Notes under the pieces: model-generated
Told to the model about the DNA's origin: nothing
The model's input: the letters and a program-made list of their open reading frames with translations, nothing else
Database searches by the model: none
Made by a program: the position numbers and the translations under genes
In this document: piece by piece, positions 21,758 through 36,700 of the stretch
How the letters are laid out: each line of letters begins with the position of its first letter
How positions within the stretch are numbered: position 1 is the stretch's first letter
Source of the DNA: Balanoglossus misakiensis
Taxonomy: Eukaryota; Animalia; Hemichordata
Reading direction: 5' to 3'
Assembly (NCBI GenBank): GCA_040954595.2
Contig: CM082596.2
Coordinates: 1,517,854-1,581,853 of the forward strand
Length of the DNA: 64,000 bases

Positions 21758-24700
21758 CTGCGAAGAAAATACAATTTTGAATGTTATACTATTGACTTTG
21801 AGCCTACGACTATGATGTACTTAACGTACATCATTACATGTGCTTTTGGACTTATACCATCGGAAATGAACAGTATCTGAGCGCCCTCCAGAGATACATC
21901 TAAGATAAACTTACGTTTTCCCCGTGAACTCTTGCTCCTGGCCATTCTCTGATTTTTCTGATTTTGGCAACAGCGGGATTGCTGGCAGAGTTTACTTGTG
22001 TAAGCTACGTACAGCAACTTGGCAGTATTGGCTAGTAAACGACCGACATTAGTCAAAACAAGCAGCATAAGAGGTATTCCTATCAATGCGTAGACCATGC
22101 AGAAGACCCTGCCAAACCATGTGACCGGTGTTATGTGGCCGTAACCTGAAAGGAAAAAGAAACAATATTAAAATACTTGCAGAAATGCAACAGTGATTGA
22201 AATGATATAATTATGTGTTGTTAAGTGTTTTTGCGCATAACTGTATCACTGCTCTCTGTATAAAATTTACTGAAATCACACGATAAAAACAATAATTTTG
22301 ATAGCCTGTGTGACACAAACACAAACCAGACATTGTGTGTGTGCCTGTTCATGTCATCACATTCGATTCAACATTTGTCTGCTTTTTTTCCCACTAAATG
22401 AATCCAATTAAGAAAAGATGGCAGGTACGATTATTCATAAGTGACAGTTTTGATTGGGTTCTACCTGGCGGCTCAGTTAGTACAAATTACCCGGCTGCTC
22501 GCCTAACGCAAACTAGCGTAGCTCCAACTCCAACCCAATTAACATGTAAATAACCGTAATTGTCAGTGATTGACCCTGATGTAGCAGTGACCTTACGCAT
22601 GTCAGTGGCGATGATTCCCCAGGGATGCTGGATATGTGTCTGTGCATCTAGCCAATAACTTTTCCATAAGCTAGTACCAGGGGAATGCTGCGACCAGAAC
22701 CGCGAGATAAGTGAATTCATAGCGGACAAAAGTCACGTGATTTCATACCCTAAAATATTGGCAAGAATATTGCCAGGGTTTCTTATCTCATTACGTGGGA
22801 ACTTTATCTTCGTCATATTGGACAAATGGAGCTTTCTATATGTGACGTTATCATATGGCCAACACCTGCTGTCATGATTGGAACGTATTCCCATTTGTAA
22901 TACACAAAATGTATTTCAAAAGACAATGTCATCTGCGTTATCTGCTTCACTTCCATGCCCAAAATTGCATTAACATCACGTTCATATAACTTCCATGTTC
23001 TGAGATTAACTGAAAAGTAGGAAAGCTGTCCTTGAGATTGTGATAACATAGGAGGCTAAGATGGTCACACTAATGCCTTGGAAAGATTTTCTTCACTTGG
23101 TTGGTTTCTGTTATATGCAATGACGTCATTACACTGCGCGTTCAATCTATGCTATATTCTGTCTGAGTGCACACCTAGTACATAGTTTACTATAAACCGC
23201 TGATCGTATTAGCATCCTCAGCCGATTTGGAAAGGTTTTATTGTCCCCTTGTTGCACAGCAACCATTCTGCCGAGAGATTTTGATGATCTTTTGACCATC
23301 TTATCTGTTTATAACCTTTGGTGCGAATTCATCACAAAATGCCAGTCCCTCAAACACTGTCACTGGCTTGTTGTTACAGGAGGGATGTTATTGGGGCTGC
23401 CAGGGAGCTTGGGCAACAGCGACCAAGCATCGATAACTTGATTGGAGTGGAAAAAAAGTAGCGAGATCATGGTAACAGGACCACTGATGTCCATTTGCAA
23501 TTTAGTGTAATGGCCATGTGATATTGTCAATATTGTAGGCGTCCCTATGGCAACGTTAGGTCATGTGAAAAATTCAGTTTACAAGGCATAGTCACCAGCA
23601 TCAAAGTGGGGAGGGAGTAATGTAGTGTTTTGTGACTCGAGTCGAGTTGACACAAGTTTAGTGCTTGGAGACGGGCGTATACGTGTCAGTTCATCGTTTT
23701 CCGGGAGTATTTGCGAGAACTGTTGGGCAAAACATGGCTCTGGACCGATATTGCTCGAAGAGATTGCTCGGAAAGGTTGCTACAGACAAAGCAAAACGCC
23801 TTGTTGGCGAATAACCGTTGGACAATTATCCTCAAAGTCAATAATTGACTCCCATCGGAACCACACTTTCAATTTTTCAATGGCGTAATTACTTTGTACA
23901 CGAGAACGTAATCGTGTCTTTCGAACTACGATGGCAAGGGAATATATGACATACATACAAACAAACTAACAAGCGTTTTTTTCAAAGCTTTCCACACATG
24001 AAAAGAGAAACACAAAATTTCTGTGAAAATCGAGTGAAAACCACTCACAATCAAATTACGTTGGATGGTGATATCTTTTTATTGCCTTCAGTGTAACACA
24101 TGATTTGTGGAACTATCCTTCTCTACGCGATTTAATGTAGTAGGCTACATCTACCGGTACTCCAGACAGTTCTTTTTATTCGTGCCAACAACCTCTACAC
24201 GAAACCAACAACAAATTCACGAAGACCGTGTCCAAACAGTTGGAATATATACATGTACACTGAAGTGTTGGAGGATATCCTGGGAAGAGACTCTCAAAGA
24301 TCTAACAGCATCTTGTTGTTCAGTCAAAGTATTCCCACCGGTATCTTACATAGGACAGATGTCTCTACAAAAATAACTGGCATCAAGTCTCTTGCCACAG
24401 TCTTAAGTTTATATGTCCACATCACAGTCTCACGAGAACGCGGCGCCTTGCATCTAATTTGCATATCAATATGGCGACCCCTTTTCTACAACAAGACAAA
24501 TGATGAGAAATGCAAACACGAATATTGAGAGAATGTCCTGGGTTAAAACAGTGCTAATCTTCGACCTTTAGAAGTTCCAGAGAGTAGAATACGATGAAGA
24601 AAATATTCCTGACATGTTATAGTTGTAGAGTTTATTGATTCATGTAAATTGTAGTTTTTCTCTCTCGACTGAGTGTTCTTGCTGTGTAACTCAATTCTGT

Positions 24701-27700
24701 TGTCCATTATTTTTAGCACAAAACTGTGTAAAATATACCTCCTGTGTACCCTAATTAAAATATATTGCACCGCAAAACGTTATTGATTGGGTGATCAATA
24801 AACACTGTGATTGCATTCTGTTTGATTGGAAAACATATAGGTTGCGTTCTCGTGGAATCGTTCACAAAACGAGATCAAGTATTTGTCAGGCCATGTGGGT
24901 CTCGGAAAAAAATCCGGAAATATGTCAATTTGAAAGTGAAAAACATTGCGGCTCGAGGGTTTTCTTGAAAAGTGACCTTTAAGGTGATAAATCACGATAA
25001 CAGTTTGGCAAAATAATTTTACATTTGATACTTTGAATAACACGTTGGATTAAGTTACTGTGGCTTGATGGATATGTGTCCTTCGATTTCCCCATCCTCG
25101 CGGATCACGTAGATGTTGTTAAGACCCTGTTCACCGTTTATGTCATAAAAAGGTCCAGGTACCTATTAATTTTGTTTCTAGCTTTGTTGACCATTACATT
25201 TGAAAGGAGCCTCGAGCATTCTAAGATGACATATAACAGAAAAATTCTCATCTTGGTTCGATTTAAATTTACATTTGCATATGGAGAAATAACAACTCGA
25301 AAACCCCCGAACAGATGGTGACCATGGAGGGGCCATTGTTTAGGTGACACAATTTTCCCGCACAATTGAAGAGAGACCTACTTGAAAGTGATCAAAACTA
25401 TGTGGTCAAAATACGTAAAGGGTTAGAGAAAAGTAGATTTCCATGTCGACCGGAAGTTGTCGAAAATTGAAGACAGCACGAATCATGACATGTTTTTTCT
25501 TTACAAAGTTTATGATAGGGGCTGAGAGTCTGTTGTGGGTGAATTAAGGTCAGTTGCAAGAACTCCCAAGGTGACCTCAGGTCGCCTTCTGATATATTAC
25601 CACGCCGAAATTTACCTGTCTGCCTGCATTAGTGTGGTACATAAACCAAAGCGTGTTTAGCTGCCCCGGGGACTATTACTCGCTAACGTCCAAATCGATA
25701 TCACTTGCCATACATAAGGTCTAGCAATGGTTAACAAGCCACGGTAGATGGATCGGAGGTGATATTTGGACGACGAAATCACATAAACAATTTTCTGACG
25801 ACAGCCAGCAAAACCTTCACTGTTCGTTGATATTTGGGGTTTTACTTCACACTCCATGGAAAGTGTTGAAATTTGAGAAATTTTATACCAAAGCAACAAA
25901 GACGCGACTTCTACCACATCACTTCTAATGGTTTAAATGTTTCTTTGATGAGAATTTGTGATCATTGCCAGTCGCAGTAATGTGCATGGATACCAAGACA
26001 ATATAACCTTATGGCACAAGACATCATTAGCGTAATTCAATTTAAATCCCCAAAATGGGCGAAGAGTGAGGAGAGTGATAAATTAATGGGCAAAGCGAGA
26101 TTCCACGTCTTGTAAATGATGTATGCTTCAATTGTAATTCCACAGTCAACATCGTACATGTACTAGCTGGTACACCAAATGAACTAGTCCAAAATGGCAA
26201 AGACGAGAAATCCGAAAAGAGTGAAGTCACGATTGCAAACATTTATTCATCACAGGTGTAGGACATTCTCTAACGCATCATTGCATGGCTTACTTCTCTC
26301 TTTAAACTGACTTGAATCGTCTCCAATCTAATTAAAATGATGGCACTAGGAAAATTACATGTTTCCTCCTCAATAATCCACATCAACCGAAACTGAGGAA
26401 GTATCCGCTTCTTTAAAGTATCAGTGCACACATGAGGACTATATATGTACAGTGAGTTACCAGTGATGATGAAGTTTTAAAATGTGAGTATAAAAAAGGC
26501 AACATTGTGGTAAGTTGCACAATTGAAGTCCAGTGCCGAAAATAAACATGAATGCGAAAAGTAACTTCAAGTGTTGACTTAATCCTGAATGGCACTTTTA
26601 AAAATAGCCAGTCAGTCATCCAACTAAAAATAAAACGCCTCTTAAATGACTTCATCGAAATTGAAAGCACAATATCACGCACCCTTTACTCTAAGTCGCC
26701 CGCCAAAGCTCAGACAGTTTGCGCTAAATGCAGACCTTGTGTTCGGAACTCAGTCCTTGACAAGTTAACACAGTCTCACGTTGTAACCGATGCATTAACG
26801 GGCAGATAAATTAATGCGGTTTAGCGTAATACACAGTTGTGCCATGAAACACTCAACGCGGGTAGTGCTTCAATACATGAAATATCAATCTCTCAAAAAT
26901 CTGCCACAAACACTCGTCTGCTTTCAACTCATTACGCGAACGAACACGGCTACATCACGAACACAACTCGTGAAACGTGAATGGAAAGTGTGATGCCGTT
27001 AAAAGTAATTGAAGGGTTCTGACCAAGCAAAGTCATGAGTGCAGATCTTCATAGGTTCTCTAATCACACTAGTTCACTAGATAGCTGGTAACTATTTATT
27101 CAAACGCAGCTGTTCTGCCTGCGATGTGGGCGTTTGCATGCATGTCAGACATGACTTCGTATATATGATGATATACGCACACACGCTCCTAACGTCAGTT
27201 TCACCCCTCTACGTCACACCTCTGCAAAACGAAATACACCACTGATTTTGTTCTAGAAATTAGGACATGTGTCATTCATGTTAAAATTACGAAGAGCTAA
27301 ATAAATATTTCTTCTATACAAACTAATAAATTGGGCACATTCGGTCAGCCAGGTACTGCATCTATGTCCATATATACAGACACAATTTTTCCAACGTCGG
27401 TATATCCAAGCCTATCCTTAAAATTCGCAGAAAGAGAGGTGGGTTGAATTTGAAACTCTCTGTCGAATAGAGGCATGCGCAGTGGTGTCCATGTGTCAGG
27501 TATGTCAGTTTCCTCAATGGCTTGATGGATGAACGTTATCAACCAGCCCTTTACGGCTGGTTATCATTTGTGAGTGCAAAACGCTAGAATGGTTTTTATG
27601 TTCGCGTTTTTCTTTGCTGCCAATTTCGTGTTCTCGTAAAAACGAGAGTAATACGATTCTCTAGAGAGTTTCCGGTTGAAATGACGTCATGTGTCAAACT

Positions 27701-30700
27701 TGGAGGTGAAAAACTGCGATATTTAGACATTGGAACTGTTTGATATTTACTGAATTGATACTCAACAAAAAATTCTCTACACTTCCACAAACGGAAATTA
27801 CATTGTAATCCGTGAGAATATATTGCCACAGACAGACACCTTACAAAATAAAACATTTGCTAGCGAACGCGTTAAATAGTTGATTAGCTGGTTCAAATTG
27901 TTGATTTCAATATGTTAGCTGATTCAAATAGCTCATGAAAAAGGCTTTATAGTTTGGAGCTCGCTCTACCGCTGAGCGCATTGAGTTGAAAACAAAAGTG
28001 GGCATTGAAATCTTCATGAATAGATAACTATATCTTAAACTTCCGAGTATTATGGCTGCACTGGGTTATGAAGAATGTTTTCAAGAATAGTAAAGAAGTC
28101 AATAGAAATGAAACCAGGAATCCATCATGATTTATGACAATTTAGGTAACCCGCAGAGCACTGCATAGCACCCTTGTGTTCGCTTCATCATTGTCAATTA
28201 CAATTGCTAGAGGTCGGGCTTTACAACGTGATGTAATACTCGTTTATATTTACGCAGATATTAACGCAAGCGCAGTGTGAATGACTGTTTTCTGAGTGTA
28301 TGGCTGCCTGCTGACTCGGTGATAATACTCGGGAGTCCAGACAGGTGCCTTGAAAATTGCCACTTTTTCAAGAGGTGCGCGATGCATTGTTGTAGCGAAA
28401 AAGCAATTGATTTCGCAATGCATTGTTGTACCGAAAAAGCAATTGATTTTTCATTATTTGGCCCGAGTTTATACATTTTGTAATTTTCACTTTGCAGAAT
28501 CTTATTCTGTGGTAAAATAGAATCGTAAGGGTCTGTACGTGATACGAATTTGAATAATACAATGGTGAAGGCTATCAAAATTGAATGCTTTTAAGTGTAG
28601 CATGTTTGCATATGTTCCTGATAATGTTTCAATATTTTTATTCAGTGCGTCGATAACATCTTATAAAGCAGTCTAAACGGCCAATATTTGGTTTGTCAAA
28701 ACAGCCTTTATGTGTAACGTGCACTGAGTTTATTGACATGTGACTCAGGGTCTGGACCATTCACTTTGATGCTTTGTATGGGATGAACAATTTGCCAGGT
28801 ATTTTCCAGCCTGTACGAAACATCACGGTGATATCATGATCGACGAAAACACGGACACCGACACAAATTTTTAACACACATGACCTTGTTTTAAAGTTGT
28901 GGGCGGTCGTGTTTTCACTCACAATCCTACAGAACAAGGCATAAACTTTGTCGATAACAGCGACCATCTGAACCACGTTCTCTTTGTCTTTGTTTAGACT
29001 GACAGAACCTTAAATCCGTTATGTTTGTCGGGAATTCGGTGGACTGTATCACATAATCCCTAAACTACAAAAATGATGGCCGAGGATCATGATTTTGATC
29101 TTCTCAAGTCATGTGACTGATATTTAACATGAACTTTATGTTCGGGAGTAATCCCACATATGGTACTAGCCATGTGAATATGTTCCACTTGATTGGGGCA
29201 ACTTTTGAAAGCTGTTCTTCTTGTGCGATGAGAAGAAAAACGAATTTAATACTGGAACGCAAGGAAGAGATTGGATCAACTTGAATCAGTTAAAGGGGTT
29301 TATAGGTCTCCAGTCAGCTAAAGTTAAAGTGAAAAAGGTAATTTCGCAAATCTTTGATAAGATAAACGCAAGGCAGATTTATCTTTGATGTGAATGTTGC
29401 ATTGAGGAGTTGACACAAAGTAGTGTTTGTAAAGGCGCCCATTCCTTCTTGCAAACTGAACGTTAATAGCGATTGGTAATTGTGACTGAGAGCAAAGTGT
29501 ATGTTAATGTGGAATTATGGGTAGAATGTTTCTCGGAGCAATCTCGGAGTTGATGGAATCTTAACGGTCACCATCGGACTGTTCCAGTTTTTCTCTGGAT
29601 TCGTCGATTAAGTTGTTAACAGAGAACTTTGTTACGTGCAAATACCGGTACATTGTATGTATAATTAACGTCGACACATTTTTGCGGATTTTCTTCCGAT
29701 TCTAGCTCTGAAGATCATGCATGACCCCAGGTTCAAAAAGTCACCAAGATGTCACCCAATAACTCAGTCTTGTATAACTCTGGAATAAGTGCCCTGGGCG
29801 TGAAATTGCTGGCGTTATGCAGATAATAAGGAATGAAAACATTCCAAAAAGATCATAGCGACAGGTACATAACCATGCATGGCACATGCACATGATATAG
29901 GGGTCAAGTAATTGCACCGTGCAAGGGAGCGAATCTGGTGATCACTGTCTCATAATGGGCGAATGTTATGACATCACTATGCCTTAGATACTCGTTCAAT
30001 CTCTCTTAACTGGTTGATAACAACTATAAATAGCTTGTAACACTCAAGACCTCACGACCTATGTGGTAACTTACAGTGCCCATGCACATCCCACAGACAC
30101 TAACAGGATGAACATAGTCATTTGTTGTCATGTTTGAATGTTGGGGGGGGGGGAGGAGAGGCATATTATTACCAATAGTTCGACAAACTTTCCTGACTGT
30201 TATTAATCCTGTTGCCCGTCATGCGTTCTTCTGCCTCATTAGAAAGAAAACATGGTGGACAGAGCCATCAGATGGATCACTTGTCATGGGAATATCTACA
30301 GTGTCAGTACACGGAGGCCATGATGCATGTAAAGTATATCACCATGCCAAGTTTACCGTTCACTTTGCCCCACCATCAACCATTGCAAAGCTATTTGGGA
30401 AAAATTGACGCCGTCTTGCAAGTCGCCCACTCAAATGAAAACACTTGCCGCACTTATTTGCATAATTTATCTGGACTTCAGTGTTCTTCTACTACTTATA
30501 AGAATTGTAATTTTACTAAACAGCCGGGCATAATAACAGCACCTTAATAACGGTTTATGGGCGCAAACACAAATGTTGAAAAACACCAGCTCCATCCATT
30601 TAGATTTCCCGTGTGATAAATGCCTTTTCAGGAAAGAATTGCCGCGAGCATCGGTTTTATATTGAAGCAGAACATAGCTGTCATCTTACAGCAATATGAG

Positions 30701-33700
30701 AATCAACACTGGATAGATCTATAACTGGCGGGCACATCTCCTTCAAATTGCATGCCTCAACACAGATGGGGTTATGCTTATAATAAAATTCAAATACAGA
30801 GTTCACACTACCGCTTCCGCAAACATTTTCTCAATATTATAATTGCCAAAGGAATCGCACACAATGCCGCAAACACACAGAAAAAATGTTTGATTTTTTA
30901 CCACTATTTATTTGATTATTGATTTTACGTATTTGGTTCCGTTTGGAAATTCAATTGAGTTATGGAGAATTTAAGTAAGACGTATCTAGATAAGTGAGAC
31001 TGATTAAGTATGCATAATCACCCGAGGGGTATGCAGTTGCTGTTAGCATAAGCGCGCCTAAATGGGCATTTTCCTGGGATAAAGGTTACTATTAAAACAA
31101 GAGCCCTAGTTTTAGGTTGAGTCGCCATTTATGAACACCCCCCCCTCCTCCTCGCTGCTTTCCTGCCTAGCGATAAAATGTGAGTATTTATAGAAAAGGC
31201 CACATCTCCGGCCATGATGAACAGTAACAGTATCTGTCACGGCCATTCAACTTCCAAGCCGCTCCAGTCGCTGAGCTCTGTAAATCTGCATGTGGTACAT
31301 TAATACTGACACGCCGTATACAGCGTCTTGTAAGAAAACGGATTTAAATATACTCCGTCTTATTAAGGCAAAGGAAAACAAACGGCCGCAATTATTTGAG
31401 TGAGACGACTCTGGCTGTTTTCACTTAGCAGTTGAAAGCACCATACAAAGCTGCTGTCAAGCTCCGAACAGGTCCGCTGTTCGTTTCCTTGGCAACGGTG
31501 ACCGCGCCTGCTTTAAATATAGCTCACTCAGTCAGTGATTTCAGAAAGCAATTTTGTGAAATTTACAGACAACAATGCCTCTTATTTTCACACAATCATT
31601 TTCCAATTTTATGAATGGTATTCACAAGTTACTTTTACAATAATCCGCGCATTTTGATTTTGTTTTGGGGACCAGACACACGCCGTGTATACTTTTAGAA
31701 TTCGTCAAATTTATTGCTTCTAAGAATCATCTAAAGAGCGATGGGTTCAACTAATGAAGCACTGGATGTGTTTGCCAGCCGGCAGACATCTATCAAGTAT
31801 GTGTTTTCTTTCCATTCTGTCATTCTCTTTCGGCCGACGTCTGTTTGTCATCCGAGCGGGAAGAACCTACCGACCACAATACATCCTTTTGCAAGAGATT
31901 TGGAAATGGAGGTGACGTGTGATACTGATCTGGTCGGCCCTTCTCGCTCATGACCGAATCCAAAAGATTCTCTGACATTGAGGATTATAATTTCAGATGT
32001 TATCGCAATCATACAACCTCGCTTCCACAATGCACGGGGAGTCACCATATGGTAATATGTTGATACTGATGAATACAGACATAGGAACTTTCAAATTATA
32101 CTCGAAAATTGACATCGAAAATCAATGAATTCGAAATGAATGCTCGGTGCCATTTCTTGCATGAAGTACCAGCGGCTATAAAAACTGACAAACGTAATGG
32201 AAAGAATAATAGAAACATATATAACAATTTTGATCGATAAGCTTATCACTAGTACGCCTGTAGTTTGGTGTATGTCATGTCAATGTGTCATCTGATAATA
32301 TTTGATGTGTTGCTGCCTTCGCTCAGCTCAAAAAGTCGACCTAGAGGTCATGGTAATATCATAGGTATTCGGGTCAACGGGCAGGATACGCTTTAATGTT
32401 TTATCAATCTTTCGGAAATTAAAGTCTTTGGATTTACGATAGTGATGGCATGAAATTAAAAAAGACTATCAACTTGGAGGGGGGAGGTATTCAAAGGAAT
32501 CACTGGTACATCAGGAACAATTGCAATTGTACATGAAAGTTTGTCACTAGACTCGACGTTACGTGGTAATTGTTAGAATAATTATTTCAATCTTGAGTTC
32601 AGACTTTGCGAATTACCGTGGTTAAAATTCAGCAAAGTCGTAAGATCAGTCTGATTTTCAAGCCATCAATACTCTCTGGGTTTATCGTGGATTTTGCTTT
32701 TAGGGCGTTCATTGGAATTGGATCAAGTCAGGCCAGCCAATTCACTATTGTCTAATTTAAGAAAGTAATTGATATGCCAGCCGTTAGCAATAATACTTGG
32801 ATGAAATCTTGCCTTGTTTCTATATACTATGTAGATGGCCTCATGCCAATGTCCAAATGGGAGCCAGAGGACATATCTAAAATGGGAAGAGTAAACCAAT
32901 ATATTAAGGGACACCTTCATTAACCTTAGACATAGAAAGGGGAGTTGATATGATTTCCTCAAGACGACAAACACACTCCAAGACGTTATTCAAGACGTGA
33001 AGCTGGATATGATGACGTCAGACGTTGTTAATAACTTGGGGAAGAATATTTGTGGGAATGCGTGTCAATATGAACGCACTATAGACCGTTTCAATCAGTT
33101 TGCCGTAATATGTAGGATGGGCAATTACAAGGTTATTGCGATCTGTGTATTGAAAGCACTGAGATATCGAGTGTTGATTAGAGAAATAGTTGAGAAGGTA
33201 GGAAACATGGGTTTCTCTTATTTCTTGCATACACACAAGAGACTCTTTACATTATTGTGCTTGCTGGTGAGTACTGTGTTTGAGGTTGTCAAAACTGCTT
33301 CCACCTGGCTTGCAAGCATAACATATAAGGTGACCTCATTACTAACGTAACTTTGTTGCGTCGTGCATCTAAGGTGTATAAATGGCAGACATTTTAACTT
33401 GTGACGTCATCACACAATGACATCATGGTAGCGACATTATAGCGATAAAAACATTTAAAATGACTTTAAACAACCTTCGCTTGACCTTGTGATATTGTAT
33501 TACTTTGTTTCAAGAACATGGCCTACTCTGTCAGAAAAACTACTTGCCAACACAATTGATTGATGGCGATCTGAATTCAAAAATCGTAGATGTATATCTT
33601 TACATCACAGTGACAAATTGCTTTATTTTGCAGGTAACATCCATTTAATGGAGGCTGGATAATGACGACTCTCCAAAATGATCACCCGCCAAGAAAAACA

Positions 33701-36700
33701 TGTCGACCTTGGTCTTGTTGAACATTAAACTATGCAGTGCGGATCCAGGATTAAAATTTCAAAGTGCAATTGATTACAATAGGAAGGAGATAGTAACAAC
33801 AGATTCAGGTTCTTTTATTTTCTTTTCCTACAGAGACACTCAGAGGAAGATACACACTGAAAGGATTATTTGGATTTTTGTTTTTTCTCTCTAACAACAG
33901 CCTTGTCTTGTGGGTCTTACGGTGAGAAACTGACAAATACATTTAATGCAACTGGGCCCAGAGGTCGTACAATGGATCGCGATATAACGCGATAATTGAC
34001 AATAGTGGTAATGGAAGATGTTGTCAAGATACTGACACGTTTTGAAGCTTTTAAATGGAAAAAATGTGACGACCCTTGCACCTTATGTCACTGAATGTGA
34101 TTTGTTATTAAACGAATATTTTGGATATTGGCTTCCCGGGAAACAGGGTTCACGAGGTGCGTCGTCAGAGCAGTTGAGTGGATCTAGTTCCGACAACAGA
34201 TTTGGAAGATAGGATACTTCAATGCGCCAGGTTGCCTTGAGTTTACATACACATGTCATGCACGTGTCCCTTATCCATTCAGTGTAATCTCCATATAAAT
34301 TTAATCATATTGTAACCTTGCAGAGCTAGTTCAAGTCCATATTTCAGGGGCCGGTGGTGCTGTGATGAGTCGGCTAAGCTCGACCACTAGTTTGATATTC
34401 AACGCCCATGGTTTCGACAATGAAAAACATGCAATGGAGGCCATTTTTACGTCACGTGATTGGAACGCCATCTATATATCTGGCAGCAGTTGCATTTAGT
34501 CGCATTTCAGACTTAGTTTTTCCCTCTGTCAATCAATTTCTTTGTAAGTCAATAAAATCTACTTATTTTTAATGGAATTTAACGTAACCGGCAAATGCAG
34601 AAGATGGTCTTTCGCAGTAAGTTTTATTGCCTAAGCCCTTAGTCACGTCGGCATAAAATATACTGAATTACTTTGTGGGATGGTTACATTTCAGATCACC
34701 ATGGTGATACAAACATTTCAGTCAGAGCTGTCTGACTCCACTTCTGATAAAGGAAACGTAAAAATTTAGAACATTTTGGTCACATGACAAGCCAACCTGA
34801 TTCTGAAAGGAAAGTATCACAACATGGCTGGTGGGTTTTTGCAGAATGATATAACACTTCGCTCAATTGCCAGTAGTTTCACCGCCAGTGATGTTTTATT
34901 ATGCAAATGATCCATTTCTTCAATTTGCCTTTGCATTGATTGACCAGCTTAGGGTCAAATGTTCTTATCGACGTAGTAATGTCGTATATTCATACTTCCA
35001 TAGAAAAATAAGCAAAGAGTGATTGCATTATCGTGAGTATGAATGTGTCATTTTATCACATTAGCTTCGTACATGACTAGACTGAATGTAATTTGTCTTT
35101 TTTATGTACTGTGAAGAATATCGCCTTAATAACTAGTAGAATGCAAACGACAATGGGAGTGTTAAAGGAAACGCAATAAAATGGCGCGACGTTTTTTTCA
35201 GCTTCACTTAACGAACATGGAAAGGGGCTTATCATAGATCTATGGTCAGCTGAAGTCAAAATTTGGTCATGTTTTTCATACAAAGATGCAAGTGATTTTC
35301 AATTGATTTACATGCATGTTTATATTATTTCTGTCACATGGTCTTTGCTTTCTGATTGTTCAAAAACTGCAGTCGGATTCGCGCGCCACGGGACAGTAAT
35401 GGTGACGTCAGCGAAAAGTGCGATGGGTATTGATGAGTTTGGTGACAGATGATTACCGCCGAATGAAGAGAAAACACTACTTGTTATGTTAATTGCAGAC
35501 CCTGTTCGCTTAACCTTGTGCTCGTTATGTAGTGTGAGGTTAGAAGGTTAACGGCGAAACTTTCAAGTTATTGAGGTAATTGCATTTTGGAAGCACGCGA
35601 TGAGGTTCCCTTGCTAACCTTGGAGAAGGACAAAGTGAATTACCCAATCCCATGATGCAAAGCAAGTTCACAGAATCTGACCATGATTATGAATATGACA
35701 AGTACAGTTTTCTCTAGCTTAGAACTGAAACAAATGCTTGAGTTTCCAAATTCAAATGGCGGAGAAAAAAGTTGTAGTTCACTCAACTGATGAGATAATG
35801 TCTGCATTAGATAACATGGCACTACTAATGCAGGTTACATGGCATAAAATACATGAAGGTGATCAGGAAAACGACAGAGAAAATCGCACACCATTATCGT
35901 GAAAAAAAATCATGCAAATGGATGTTGTTAGTCAGTTTTAACAATTTGCGTGGAGAGATTTTCTATCTGTATCTGTTTGTCCTTTGCCCTTTCTGGATTC
36001 AACATTTTAATGGTGCATTTTCTGCAATCACATACATGTATTCATATCATGCATTAAGCTTGTGTGCACACTGAAACCTTTTTCGTCAGCCTTAATTTGG
36101 TATTTATGTGGAGTTTACCGACTTGGTGACACCACTGGCTGACGTGCCAGCGGGTTTTTGATTAATAATCATCACATGTTGTCACCAAAAGCCTGCACAG
36201 AAAACAAACATGGGCCTCACACTAAGTGAGATCGGTGCCTGACCAAAGCACACCTGGCATGTGATATAGATTCAGCGGGCGAAGCAGATTACGTGAAATA
36301 TCACAATTGATGAATCTGATGAATGCGTTCTGCTCCAACTGCCCCTTTCTTCTTCATAAAAAAAACACAAACTAATAAAAGCACTCGCTCAGAACAGCGG
36401 GATTGCCACTCGCCTCGGGCACACCTTTGTCCTCACAACAAGACACAATGATCTCAAAAACGGAAGGAGACAACAGTCTACTTTAGACTGCACTGTTTTA
36501 CTTCCTTGATTCCATTCATATCAACGGGGTGTCGAAATTACCAGGGGCTATACCCCCTCGACATTCAAACAGTTGATGATGTACTGTTAAGTGTGTGAGG
36601 AACATCCCTAATTTTGCTAAGTAATCTCGTCAAGCCCATGGGAGGTGGTTTCCACTGGGATATTTTTTATGACTCGTTGTGACCCGACGACCCAGGTACA

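Noticed and set aside
20032-21780. Several + strand ORFs (150, 145, 116 aa and others)
   Set aside because: Antisense shadows of the biased-composition K2P exon; no independent homology or splice structure.
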